From Blasia pusilla (lineage: Eukaryota), in assembly GCA_050084515.1 (NCBI GenBank), contig CM114271.1, positions 18,042,001 through 18,106,000 on the forward strand: a stretch of 64,000 bases of DNA, given 5' to 3'. Both the position numbers and the translations under genes were made by a program. Every line of letters begins with the position of its first letter. The stretch's first letter is position 1. The notes below the pieces were generated by a model. The model made no database searches. It saw nothing but the letters and a program-made list of their open reading frames with translations, and was not told the DNA's origin. Positions 12,901 through 26,700 of the stretch are shown piece after piece.

Positions 12901-14453
12901 AGGCTTGTGCAAAGCTAGTATAGAGAGGTAGCTATGGAAGAAATGCAACATGTGCAGATCTCCCAAAGCATCAAACTCATTCCCCAAAAGGATTTCCAAT
13001 AGTGGAAGCATGACTTCCAAATAGTGGGCACTAGGCAGCGCCTGAGCGGTTCTCGGGGAGTCAAAAACTCAGCCGGATCTGCATAGTAACAAAAACTGAG
13101 AACAAAAATTGAGAAAGATTGAGTGGTGTCACAAAGCTGCGGAGACACGGCAGAGATGCGGGCACTTTAGAGCTTCCTTAGAGCCGGACTGTCATGAAGT
13201 CATGTGCAGCTAAGAGAGAAGGGACCGATGCCGAGTCCAGAAGAACAACCTACGGGCCGAAGTTGGCAAACACAAGTTGCGAATTTGGGGAGCCAATGTG
13301 CAGATTACGTTGGGGAGCCAACATCGAAGAGCAACGAACTGAAGACAAGCTACAGAGCGGAGAGAAAAAAAGCTGGGAAGGGCAAAAATCAGCTACACAC
13401 GTACAAACTTGCAGAGTCCAGGAGAAGACAACCTGCTTCAATGCAGGTTTGTTGTGGACTGCTTCGAAGTTAGAAATGAGAAAACAATGATCAGCTGCGG
13501 AGAGGGAGGAGTCTACACTCCAGAGTGTGGCAAAAATCTATGCATTGTCAAGCAGCAACAGAGTCGGGTCCTTCTGGGAGAATCAAAGTTGCAGAGAGAC
13601 GAATACTTGGAGTTGGGGGAGCAACAAACTGAGCAGAGTCGGGGAGTGAGGAGTCCCGACTCCCGACTCCCGACTCGAGCGTTGCGCAACTATACAGCGT
13701 CGCCGAGCAGCAATGGAGTCGCAACTGTCCGGCCCTTCGGGGAGAATCAAAGTTGCGGGTCGTGCAGGGAGTCGGAGCAACGGACTGAGCGGAGTTGGGG
13801 AGCGGATCGAGCAGAGTTGCGGATAGAATTAAAGCTATGGAGATTGGAGAGTGCGGGGAGTCGGAGCCTCAGAGTCGTAGAGAGAATAGTGCGGATTCAA
13901 GGAATGAGCTCGGGAGGGCTCGGAGCCTCGATACTACCCCATGGCCCCACATGCTTGTCACCCAGCCGTGTCGCCTCTGCCTGCCCATCTCGGGCTGCCC
14001 CTCCTAAATCTTCTCTTGAAGCCGTTGGATTTTAGTCTAACGGCTACAACCTTAGGAGAAAGAGCGATGGGCTAGGGTTTGAGATCCTTGCCCCAAATTT
14101 TACGATGACGATCTGCTATGTCTTGGCATCCAACCATCTCCTGTCTCCTCCAATCCCCCCTTGCCATGTAAGCCTAAAAATCTCCGGCCTTTAAAATTCA
14201 AATCGGCAGTATTCTGGGAGGCTCATTGTAGGGAGCCGTCGATTTCTGCTGATTTCAGACGGACAACGGCTATATTCCGACGACTCCCTGCCGGAATGGG
14301 GATACTTTATGTCATTCCTCTAGTAACACTATCACTTTCCAGAATGGCCTTGTCACACGCCGGAAACCCTGCCGGAAGTTTGCTGACCCAAACGGAAAAT
14401 CTCAAAAACTGCCGGCTAGCACTACTTGCGACCCCGGATCTGTGAAAACATTG
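9985..14453 (-). mobile_element. hAT-superfamily DNA transposon with a ZNF862-like transposase
   Basis: One end is CAGGGTTCCGGGAGAT at 9985. The other end is either ...ATCTGTGAAAACATTG at 14453, with near-TSD cgccgaag/cgccagag (6/8), or ...CCGGAAACCCTG at 14371 (better TIR, no TSD). Contains the transposase listed below. Confidence 0.75.
10563..12801 (-). pseudogene. hAT transposase (ZNF862/DUF4371-like with hATC dimerisation domain), disrupted
   Basis: The 488-aa ORF has FGIMIDESTDIS (D1), FGSDGASTMVG (D2), VHCVAHRTNLA (CxxH) and a decayed RW motif (ICWLSRW). The 166-aa ORF has STAICERAFSIQNMIKSKSRNRL (catalytic E/hATC). A frameshift near 11340 and in-frame stops in 11064-11335 break the gene. 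Confidence 0.9.
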
Positions 14454-16960
14454 CGCCAGAGGGAGCTCCGAGAAGCCAAGGAGTTGCATAGGGGGACATG
14501 GAGGCCCTCATTAAAAGGGGTTGCGTGACCATAGGGTCGAGAGAGGGGGATCTAAAGAAGGAGCAAGGAGCTCCAAGAACGCTCGCAATTGCATAGGGCA
14601 GCGTGCCCGAACTTGAGTGCGGGGCTAGGAAAAGGGAGCGCAAGTTCACGGTCGTCCCAGCCAAAAGGAAGAAGGGAGATGAGGAGAGTCATTTGGTTCG
14701 AGAAAATTTGTAGAATTTCCACCTCATATCTTCCCCTTTTATGAGTAATGTTGATACCTATGAGTTGACAACACCTATCAAGAAATTGGAAGACCATGTC
14801 CACTTACCCTTTCTTACCTTTATTAGGATTTCAATACCTACGACTGAAAAAATACAAGACTTCGTTCAAAAATGTTTTGTTGTTGAATCTACAACTCTAG
14901 ATTTTTAGAGAGGACGGTACATTGATAATATGCTCTCATCGTTGTGATATTCAACTCTTTAATGCCATTAGCGTCCATAGGTACTTTGGTCTGATCTCCA
15001 TATTCCACTACAAGTTCTAACAAATGCACCATCATTGCTTGAATTTATGATGATGATTACCATCAGTTACAATATATTGCTATAGGTTGCACTATTATGC
15101 TTACATCAAATGTTCGTCTAGCAATTCAGACTTTGGAGGCATTTTCACAGACATCTATTATGAAGGGAAATTCTAAATTCTATAATTGTAAGAATCAATT
15201 CCTCATGTCATCTTGTAGATATCACTAGAATAAATTTTTTATCATTGAAATACAGCTATGATTGTAAATATTACAAAAGAACATTTCCTCTTACTCTGGA
15301 GTATGCAACTACAAGCCACAAGAGTCAAGGACTCATAATGACTTGTAGGTGGCTTGTAGTTATAAATTTTTCTTTTGGTACTAAACAGGTGCATGTAATG
15401 CTTTCATGAGTTTGCGGCAAGAATCGATTGCGGATCCTTGGTCAATTAGAACTAAGTGATTTTGCTTAATTTGGCTAACAACTACAACATCTTTTCTTTT
15501 TGCACAATTCTTTATATTATCTACTCTACAAATGTCTATGAATGATGGTGCAGCAAGATCACGAGGTAAAAAAATGAGTTGAAGTATCAACTCCAACCAT
15601 ATCATCCACACAATAGATACGAGATGCTACATGAAATAATCATGCTACCACTATTGGAGCATCTAATGACAATAACAACAATGTACATCTTGGCCAACAA
15701 GAAAATGTTCTCAATTCTTAAGTAATTTCTCATAATGTGCGATGATTACTTCACCTCTCTATTACAAACCTATCCATCTAAATATCCAACATGTATCCAT
15801 AAGTTACATGGACTTTGCAAGTTGATATTCATCGACATCCAAAGTTAGATAATCTACAACTTGTTAGTTCTACATAGAACCAGATGAGGTTCTATGATAA
15901 TCTTGGTCTAGCTCTTGCATTTTGGGAACATGATATCACCAGCCAAGAGATACAAGCAATTATACATGTGAGAAGTTATGCAATCTTAACAAAGACACTC
16001 TATGCATAGCTAATATAAGTCTTTATTTTCGATGCAATCTAATCCATCTTACTACAATTCTACTTTTTCACCTATTGCAACATCTCTTGCACATCCTAAT
16101 TCTTTCTACTTTCACTTGCAGGAATCCAAAAGGAGGCACCACAATATAAGAGTATGGACTTCAATAAGACATCTTTAACATGCTTACAAGGAAATAGACT
16201 CTTCACATTAGTATATGGAGGAATCTGTCTATTCAAAACTGTGTAACATGAGTTCCATTTATCCTTTCACATGGTCATTGACTTGACTATCTCCAAAGCA
16301 TCACGTCTCATAACCATGCTAAAGCTTAATTGCTCATTCAAATGTTGAACTCCAAAATTTTATAGCTCTTGTAGTAACCGATAGACCACATATATTACCC
16401 ATTCTTCCCGACTTTGAGGGAACCAATGATACTATTAGTACCTCATATGCTAGCTTTAATTGTCTTGCATTTGACTATGCCACTCTTGTGACTTCACCAA
16501 AAAAGCGAAAAGGCATCTAAGTTTCAATCATGTAATTAGCTCTATTTACTTCTATTTATTTTGTTCATTCAATGCTACTTACTGAGTCACTTATGTATTC
16601 CTCCAATTGGTTCAGATCCCTTTCTCTAGGAGCTACATCATTTTGATGTTAACCATCATGATATGGGAAAAGGAAAGGGAATCACTATCAAATTTTTATT
16701 CATTAGATATCAAATTATTTCTCATTAAAGTCATCCAAACATATATATGTATTCCTCCAATTGGTTCAGATCCCTTTCTCTCTGCACCTCTATAGGGCCA
16801 GCACTTCTACTTTCGTTCCAACATAATTATCGTGAAATTTTTTATGCACATGAACACCAATAGATAACATGCTTTTCTATCACATATGTATTTATAAACT
16901 AGAAACTAATATGAAGCATAAGATGTCACATCCGTGTGTATATCATTACATCAAGAGACG

Positions 16961-17700
16961 ACATAATGCCCCCCTTAGCTAGTTGGTGGTTCGTTACCTC
17001 CAACCCCAAATAGCCAATTTTCGTAGAAGGACGTGCAATTTTTTTGAGAGGAGATCAAGTAGCTAGGCACTCTCTTATCTTGGTACTTTTTGCCCATTTG
17101 CAATCCATGTTAACCTTGATCGATATTGATCATCTACCATAAGTTCTGCACATTTAAGATATGAGCATTGTCAATGAGGAACCACACTGAAGGATGGCGT
17201 TCAATGTGTTATGCTACCCTTGCAAATAACAAATCGTGGAGTAACATTGTGGGTGCAAACCATGCAACTCAAAGCTACTAGTATCACTAGCAAGCTTAGA
17301 GCCTTCATACGATTCATGTTGGGAATATGGTATGGTATAACCTTTATCACATGAGACTTGAACATCATACCATCATGAGCCTCCAAGATTAGGATCCTTA
17401 ATAATAAGACCACTTGCAATTTCAAAATGGTTTAACCTACATTCATCTTAACACTAGTTGATGTCGTCTACCAAAAACACTTATATCATCACCGTAATGG
17501 AATCTATGTATACTTGTTCGATATCCATCTCCAATTTTTGATCCACCACTTGTATGAACATATCCCTACATTTATCAATAGGTGGGATTTCAAACACCAT
17601 TGGCATCATTCAACATAATAGCTCTACATGTGTTGTACATACCCTATCCCACATTTAGGTCATCCAAGTCTACAACCTCTAGAATCACTCAAAAACTAGA
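16961..17700 (-). mobile_element. Possible decayed 3' internal end and PPT of an LTR retroelement
   Basis: The minus strand reads taaggggggcattaTGT at 16961-16977, a PPT followed by an LTR start. Upstream sequence is too eroded to give a clear domain. Confidence 0.3.
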
Positions 17701-18676
17701 CATCCATAAATCTGATATTCACCTGTAAAAACCAAGGATGCATGCCTATAGGTTCTATGGCCCATAACCAAAGGAGATAATTGTAATTCTCAATCTCTCA
17801 AGTATCCTTATACTAAATCACACTTTAGTAAAGTCTTCATTGTAGCTTACATTTGTGCTGAACTAGTGCCTCTATCTCATTATGACCTTTAGACATGATG
17901 CCATGATCAATCAAGGCCTCATCATACGAAATAAACGTACAGACCACTATACTGCTAGATTTAAAATGCTCGACCTCTTTCTTCTCTATATCTTGACGGT
18001 GATTCTTTAGGGCAATCTCCATCCATGGAGCCCTTATTTTGTATGTTAGGGGTTGGATTTATCGAGCCATCTCTTCCAACTACGTAGTTGAAGGCTACCC
18101 CTTTCCTGTCCTCTTTCGCCTCAAAGCGGCATATATCCCCAGCTTTTGCGTTGTTGGGCAAATGTAAAAATGCTCCATGGTGAATCACTCATTTCCCATT
18201 GGGATGCTGCAATAAATAAGGCATCGAATGTTCAACTTGAGGCGAAGTGCTGAACCGGAGACGCACTTCGGGTGGGTCTTTGAAACAGAATCATTGACTT
18301 TGGACCCTCTAATAAGGACATCAGATGTGCTGGGACTTCGGAACGGGTGCAAAGTTGCAATGTACCATGGGTTGTGCTACACCTTACTCCTATAGAATGT
18401 TCACGAAGCATAAGAAACATGTATAGTCACGTGTTCGGCAGGGAGCTTTGTACAGGACAAAATGGAGCGCATCAGAAAACATATTATGCAGTGTACGAAC
18501 TTTCAGGGATGTGACCTAAGCTAAACCCCCTCTCTTTCCCCTTGTCATGTGACATTGTGAATGTGTATTCAACCATCTGGTCATCGTCCTTTGTCAACTT
18601 TAGAGCAAACCCACGGGCTCTATGAACAGCAACTCATGCACAGCTAAAGTCTTCACATCCCAGCCTGCGAAGTTGG

Positions 18677-21450
18677 TCAAAACTGCTGCCCTCTCAAGTA
18701 GGATTGGCGACTCCACATGACTTCGTAAAAATCAGGGTCATTTCGTCGTAGGGTGTCCGGATCCTCAGAGAAGCAGACGTAGTAGGTTGCCACTCCACTT
18801 TGGACAACCACCATTGTTAAGGTTGTCTGCATCAACAACGGACAAATTTTAAAAGGAGTACGATTTCACAGCCCATAGCGTCGATGGATATATTTGCAAG
18901 GTAGTCGCACCACAGATTTCGTGAGAAGCAATGCCTTTGTGTGCCAAAGCGACTCACCATGAAATAGCCAATGAAAAAGGATAGAATGACCACAGACACT
19001 GTCATCTTCTTCTCAGCTACTGTCACGTCGAAGTAAGTCCACAAACCACCGAGAAGCGCACTTAGCACTCCGCCTATGATACAACCTATGAACAGTATAG
19101 TGCTTGTGAGGTCATCGTTGATAAGCATATCCATTCCTTGTGATCTGAACATCGTCCAGGTATCCTTCGCAGCTACCACGAATGGTTTGCCATACAATGC
19201 GACCTGGCGCAGACGCAAATGTTTAGTCGAGTTACCAAATCATGGGACGGAATCGTGATCCATATCATTCTCGGATGGCGCCCTATTTCAAGGGTCCTTC
19301 GTACAGAAGTGCAACCTCACGTACCAAGAGTTAAGCTCTCTTGAAGAAACACTAAGCTCTCTCGTGAAATCTCACGTCGTTTGGAATGACTGTTGGATTG
19401 TAAGGAATTAGGGTAGTCTAGCGCGACGCTACCTGGATGTACGCCCACTTGTTAAAATACGAGATGAGACTTTCGATGACGCTCAGGAGGCACGAGAGGC
19501 AACAGACAAGAAACTCGTTGCATTGTGCCCGGAGACCTTGAACCTGGCCATCACATCCATCCGGAAGGAGGTCAAATTTTGCATCAAGCATTATGGTTTT
19601 GTTTGTTTGATCTGGATTCATTACTCGTAGTAGTTGCACGTACACCAGTTCCAGACAGATCAGCGAGGGCGAATCTGGTGACTACCAGCAGAGAATTGAC
19701 AAAGCAAGAAACGAGAAGAAATGGGTTTGTGCAAAGAGGATACCATCGTTCGGGTAGCTTCGAGGATGGCCACAAATAGAGAACCGAGGCAAATACTTCC
19801 GAAAGAAGTCGTGCACGCACGCCCAAGTGCATGTTTTGTCGGATTACGTGGCATATTCATCTGTTGAAAGTAGTATGTTCCCACAGTACCAGCAACCGTA
19901 ACATGGACGACGTTCTTTATCACCTCCATGGTCCAATACAGACTCACCAGAAGTCCAAAGACAACGAGAGCCGCGTTATGCATTGTAGAAATCGCTCCAG
20001 AAACTCCAAAACTCCACAAGGAGATCCACAGTACAGAAAGAAAGACGGCAATGTATGATACAGCGTACGTGGCTGGAAATTGACCCGTGACTATGATAGC
20101 CTTGGTCAGGAGTGCTGCCGCAAATGGAACTCTGTCGTCACAGAGATCATACGCTAGGCTCACAAGACGGTTTGAACAAGCCACAAAGGAAAAATAATTC
20201 TAAGAGGAGTGTCCCTTCCACTCTCAATCTACTACATCTTGGGCAAGGGAAGCGTATGGAAACGCTAAAATTCTTAAGTGCTCTTCAGGTCAGCTCTATG
20301 AAGATGTATATTTCATAACTTTAGAAAGGATTTTATGTATATCAAACTCCGTTGAAACTTGGCTACTGAATAGTTGCGATAAAAATGATGCAAATCCAAT
20401 GATTAGGGAAGATAACTGTCGAGGCCATGTCAAAGCATAGGAAAAAGAAGCGACTTACCGGAACCGGACCCAGTAGGCGTAAGCAGCTTGGGTTATGGCA
20501 AAGAGCAGAAAGATTATGCCCACCACAATGCTGTTGGTCGTTCGAGAGACTAAAATCATTATCCCCAGAATGACATTGACAACCACGCCTGCCCATAGTG
20601 CAAATTTGATCATGCCGACCGGGAAGTACTTAATGAGAGACAGCCATATGAAAGAGAACAGGGCTGAAAAAAGAATGACAACTCCCAATTGAGGTGCCCA
20701 GTGTTTGATATTATAGATCGACGCATTCCGATCATTTTCCTCTCCTACTGCACCTGCTCCGAACCAAACAGCAAGTCCTCCCACTGCAATGAGATGAAAA
20801 ATGAACACCACTGCTGCCCATAGGTCCCTCCATTTCCTGTCTACTGCGACCTTCCCCGCATTTGCCCCCGGATCTTCGATGGCCTGCAAAAACTTTCCAT
20901 CCGCAACTCAGCCATCGAGTACTCTTTGATCATACAGCAAGCGATGTATTCACGTCGGCATGTTCGACGATCAAGCATCGCGATAATTCTGCATTCCGTG
21001 GTTCATTTTCACTGAGTTCATTCCCTCAATTCCTCTCCACAAGTTGCTGAAGTACGAACGAGATAGTTGATAGGTGCCACTTCTTTCCTTTGCACATCCT
21101 CAGAAGAGAGTATTTCTTCTTCGACTAGAGTTGGAAGCGATTTTAACTGGATACGATCCTCGGGATAGGATTGTGATTACAGTGTTTCAAATACACCACG
21201 TTCACCTTTGGCGACTTGCGGTGAACAGAGCTCTCCATGAGAGCGCAAGACTGACTTTCCCATCCGTTCACACTAAGAAAACCAAACGGCAGAAGAACAC
21301 CAAATTATATTATCCGTCAAAACCCCCACAAATAGCCAACACCAAACCCGACAAGGACACCCGACATTATCAAACGACTCGTAAAGTTCGGCTCTAAGGT
21401 CACGGGGCTGTCTATATCAATACAGAGATACTTACAATTGAGCTGCCCAT
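18677..21450 (-). CDS. Choline transporter-like (CTL/SLC44, Pns1-type) plasma-membrane protein, ~459 aa
   Basis: Phase-consistent GT-AG exons: 21436-21450 (MGSSI, tentative), 21206-21250 (tentative), 20459-20883, 19744-20131, 19433-19543, 18958-19203 and 18677-18826 (TGA at 18677). Family motifs: RKWRDLWAAVVF, VIKNVVHVTVAGTVGTYYF, RACTTSFGSICLGSLFVA, YFNKWAYIQVALYGKPF, LINDDL, YYVCFSEDP. Multiple TM segments. Confidence 0.93.
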
Positions 21451-23799
21451 TATGCTTCTCACCAAAAAATATCGAGCTGCAACCGAATTAAACTCCCAAC
21501 TCCCTCTGCTCCAGGTTCAACCGGGGTAGGAGCGGCGCTTGATTACACGACAAAACCATCCCATAAAGCCATAGCGCTCGGCCCTCCGTCTCCAGACTCT
21601 CCACCACTCACGCCAGCAAAAACAACAGCACAATTCCCTAAAGATCAGCGAGCGGAGCCTCAGCGATTCGTCCGAACACTGAAGAGTGAAACTACCATCG
21701 CTTGAAAAAAATCAAACCAAAACAAACCCTCTCGCTTCCATCTTGAGCCACCGAAGCTCCACAGCCGTGCGAGCGGCAGCGCTCTCGAATCATCCATGTA
21801 CAGAGGAGGAGCTGCAGGTGCAAAGAGGTCGATTGCTGCCATAGACGCGCATTGATGGAGTCCGTTGTAGCTCGCGGACGAAATTGAAGGCAGCGACAGA
21901 TGGCAGCCGTTACGGTAGTCCAGGAGTCCAGAGTCCAGGACTCAGCGCAGTTCAAATGTTTTCAAAGCTGCCCGAGTCGTATGAGGGCACGCGGCGGGAG
22001 CGTGTGAGCTGCTATTGCATGGACATGCATGCCATCACTGCGATTTGAATGGGGATCATAACAGGCGAATCTATGTGCGTGGCAGTCTAGTAAGAATTCG
22101 GGATTTTCGAAATGCTTTTTAATTATTTAATTAAAAAAATTATGAAATTTGGAAAAGCAAGTATAAATTTAATTCAGGAGAAAAGGGTGCAGGTCTACCA
22201 TTTCTCATGAATCTATGCACCCATGGAAGTGAATAAGAAAAGCTAAAATAAGAATGCCCATAAGATGCTTAAAACTTGGATGGATAAGAAAATATATGCA
22301 CCCGTTGAAATGAATAGGGAAAACCATGATAAGAATGCAGAAGAAATATTGTCATTTCTCATATGTTGATGTTCCTTCTTGGAGACACTGTGAGAGATGG
22401 ACATAGGGGAGGCGGCTCGGAATGGGAGGATTTAGGAAGAGAGAATGGAGTCTTAATTTGTGGTACATTATCGAGAGTTTGAAGTATAAAGTGACAAGTC
22501 GGGGATGCTCTTTATTTTGTTTTGTGCCTCAACTCCTTCGATAAAGTTTATTCATTCTTATTGCATGTTTTTTGAGTTTAAGTCATATTATGGTTTTATG
22601 TATCATTATAGTAGTTTCTTTGCAAGTTTTTTTCTATCTTTCCATCCATTTCATGTTACCCTCCACCCCTTTCACTTAGCCTTGGTTTATATGGAAAATA
22701 TATGGTGCGCCCTAGTTTTTCCCCTTTAAATTGTAGTTTTCTTTTTTTTAACCTTTCTAGTTTTGCACCCTTTCTCTTTGAAGTAGACTTTCGATACTAA
22801 ATTCGTCATAGAGTTCATCCTTACTCCTTGTTGCTAACTTTCAAAGAGATCTCAAGCGTTGACCTTTACAAGAGGAAGTCTTCAGTTGACTCTCAAGACC
22901 CAACCAATTATACATTCTATTGGCAAGTCAGGGTGGACGCCCACCGCAAAACAGTTCCAAGTCCCTTGGGGTGCATACCTCTCCCTGGAAAGGCTCTTTC
23001 CCAACCTCGACCAATCTTCCCAAGTCGCTCACCTAAGTTGGAGCACAAGAGTTAATTCCTCAAGGTACGTCTCGAACGCTTCCTTAGCGCAAACTTAAAA
23101 CATCGCCAAATACAAAATATGGTTAATTCCTTGTTCCAAGACTTGATCGGATAGGGAAAGAGAGTATCCCCCTATAAATACTTGAAGGGTTCTCAAGTGG
23201 AACCCCACCTTTCTTATCCTCCAACTTATGCCCTTGATTTTGGCCCACAACCCCACGTGATTTCCATTTTGCTGACCTGCATTTCACTAGTCAATCCCCA
23301 AACTAGAATAAGTATGTCCATAAGGGCCTTATCCCTTGGGATCTCACAAGACCCCGAGAAATGGCCATCCGGCTACGTAGGTAGCTCATCTACCTACCTA
23401 TTTTCGTTTATGGAAACAACTAACCATCCCCCATCCCCCACCCCCCCAAAAAAAATCCCTTTTCCTTCTTAAGCCCACTCCACATTTCCCTCCTACCTCA
23501 CCTCTACTTCAACCTTTTCTTTCTCTTATATCTTTTTTTTTTCCACTGGAAATGTAATGTAGGTTACCTAGAGGAGATAGGTATGGACATTTGCACTTAC
23601 TAGGTGTGCACAATGGTATAATCTTGCTAGAAGCTTGCTAAACTTGTTGTATGCAGGACACACCATGGCTTGAACTTGAGGCAAGCTTGTTGCCTCTTGT
23701 GCAAGAGGAGTTGTTGGGAGATGCCTTTCTAGTTACCAAGGATGGTTAACTCATGGGCAATTTATTGTACCAAGAAAAAGTTTGGACATATAATAAAAA

Positions 23800-26700
23800 A
23801 TCTGCATAATTTAGGACATCTAGTATTCTGAGTTGACTTCTTGTCTAAATATGTAAAAACATAACATAGGCCATACCAAGAGCAAATGTAGAGTTAATTA
23901 GTAGTAGATATCTTTCACGTATATTAGAGCCTAAAAATTTATGAGCACTCATGACATAGCCTATTGAAAGTGAGAATGTTTTCCTTTTATATTTCTACTA
24001 TGAAGTATACCTTAGGATTCCAAAATTTGTTCTTGTAATGGTTCCTAGCTCTCATGATATGCATTTTTCACAACAATTGATGATAGAATATTATTTGTGA
24101 ATTAAAAATCGTATGCATAACTATACGCTCCATTAGCATTGTGGAGTTTAAGATTAATGTTAGATGTTAGCATTACCTTGTAGCCTATAGCGAGATATGG
24201 AATTTGATGGAAATCTTCGTCTTCTATCCAATGTTTAAATTCATGTGGAGAAAGTACATCTATAGGAATACTTACCTCCACTAAAGATCCCTAGCCAAGC
24301 ATTCTTCTCACCAAAATATTATTGAGCAGATTCATATTTGAACAATATGAACATAATATAGTTGTTTAGTCATTTATGAAATCTATTGCATCATCTTCAT
24401 TCACAAAACAATCGCCAAGACAAATTTGTATTTGTGAAGTAGAAGGTTGTCAAATCCGTAGGGAATTCAAGAAAAGTAGACAAGGAATGTCACTAGATTG
24501 CCTCATTGGTATTGATAACTCATACGTTACAACATCAGCAAGGAATGGTGAGGGTGAAAGATGGCAAATTTGACAAAAGTTTTGATATTGGTGATTACAC
24601 ATACGGGGTAATTGGCACATGCCCCATGAGAATAACTTACTTACTACTGAATAGATCTTGCCTATATGAGGATCAACTCTCACTAAGTCTCGTGGCTATT
24701 ATCTATAACGAGCGTGGAATTAGCATAGAACATTCACCTACAACAATCACTTAAGAGTTACTTAGTCTAATAGAACTATCCGATGAAGCATGCATATGTA
24801 ATATCTCCCCATGGATTAGAATACAAAAGGCCAAGTGGACAATTATAGCAGTAGGATCTAGCTATATTGCAGAAATTTCTACAATAGCTGTCAAAAGAAT
24901 TAAGAGATTCTTGGATTTCCAATAATTTGACATAAAGTTAATGAAAAAACATTTACCACTATGTGGTAAACCTTTCAAAAGAACTAAAAAAATGATACAT
25001 TTTTTAGAAATTGATATAATTGGAACTTCTTTGGATTTAGTAAAGACGGATTGGGTGGATGTATATTTATGGTATCATTTGTGCTTTCTTCAAAGGATAA
25101 AGGCTCAATGACGTTAAATATATCATGTAGTTTTTGTTGTGAATAAGGTTGCAATATATTAGATGTTTTTGCAAGAAGATATTATGTGTGAACTCTACTC
25201 CATAAATGTTGCATGATATGGTTATCTATTAGTATATGAATATCATTGAAATCTTTAAGGATAACATGGTGAAGACACTCATACACATATGTCCATTGAT
25301 CATAGTTAGATGATAGCAATGTAGGTTCAGTTCTAAATGGCATAGTCTATAATAACATAGAAAAGAATTCATTCCTTTGATGAAGTGCATGAAAACCTAT
25401 GAATCTAACAATTGTAGTTGTTCTATATATAAAATTCCCAAGCGAATCATGTCCAACGACAATGCTAACTCTATTTTTTGGACACACTTTAAATAATTCA
25501 TGATTGGATCCATATTGTATAAATGTTTGATCTTCTAAGCAAGAAGGTTTAGTGTAATAAAGCATGACAAGATGTATACAAGGTAAAAATGGATTCTTAC
25601 ATAAGTAAGGTCTGTACAAAGGGGGATTAGAATCAATATACTTTATGGCTTAAGAGTAGAAAATTATTGGTATTTGCATTGAAATATAAGGTGCTTCAGT
25701 AGAGGAAAACAATCGATTTAAAACCATACTAGATACTAGTTTTAGTCTTACCTTGTCTAGACCTTCAAGACCATGGCACCTTGTTGATCTAGATTCAATA
25801 TCCAGGAATCCTGTTGATTCAGATTTGAGAGCATGTTTCAGCAAGTAGAATGACCAGTTAATATTAGTAACTCGATAAATGTTCATATGTGCTCTCCATA
25901 TTAATAGGATCGGTAGATGGTATGGTATCATATTTCTATGCTCATGGAATGATGTGAAGTAAGTCCAATGTAATGTTGATGGATCAATGAAGGATGCTAT
26001 GGATATACTAGTTTCAAGAGGAAAGTCAAATCTACAATAGAAGCGTGGGTTCTAAGATTTGTGTATTGTGCACTCGCCATCCTTGCATTTATGAAGTTTC
26101 TTACTTTTGACATATGTAGCTAATAGAGAGCATCACTAGCTAATAGTTGATGATACTTGAGAAGTAGACTAGTCATCAATGCCTTGAGGAATATATGCAT
26201 ATGTCTCTAAACGTACACGTTCAATATCGATCAACAACATCTATCTAAATTATCATATGGCAATGGAGACTATTGCTACCTTGAAGTTCATACCTAACTA
26301 TATAAACCATTATGTTTCCAAGAATTTATGGATCTTCAAATATAAATTGTGATAGGAATGTGTGGAGATGGGTATGGAAGGGTTGTGCACACTCTGTTGG
26401 GGCATCTCTCCAAGTTAAACTAGTGTTGAATTTATGAAGTAAAACTTCAATATCATCAAATTTATCAATCTATTTTTAGATATCTCATCTAAGTAAGAGT
26501 TAAAAAAAAGTGAGTAATACCCCACTTATAAACCATTGCTTTAAGGTCTTCTAAATGGTGTCTATGCCACATGGTTGCACAAACACGGACAAGTCCTTCC
26601 TTAGGACGCAAATGGACGGACAAGTCTGGACATGTCCACGGACATGGGTTCCAAGAGGTGGGATCCATAATTTTAGTCCATGATGGAAGGCAATGATGAG

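Noticed and set aside
13194-14035. 208-aa and overlapping ORFs inside the hAT element
   Set aside because: GC-rich subterminal repeats (gagtcgg, ggagaatcaaagttgc x2) leave several frames open, and no recognisable domain is present.
14800-16590. Possible decayed TE coding sequence
   Set aside because: The composition looks TE-like, but no motif could be read in any frame. Left unannotated.
21660-21842. ORF MAAIDLFAP... as the first coding exon of the CTL gene
   Set aside because: An in-phase donor exists but is weak, and the peptide runs through intron-like T-rich sequence. It is more likely 5' UTR or a uORF, and cannot be settled without RNA data.
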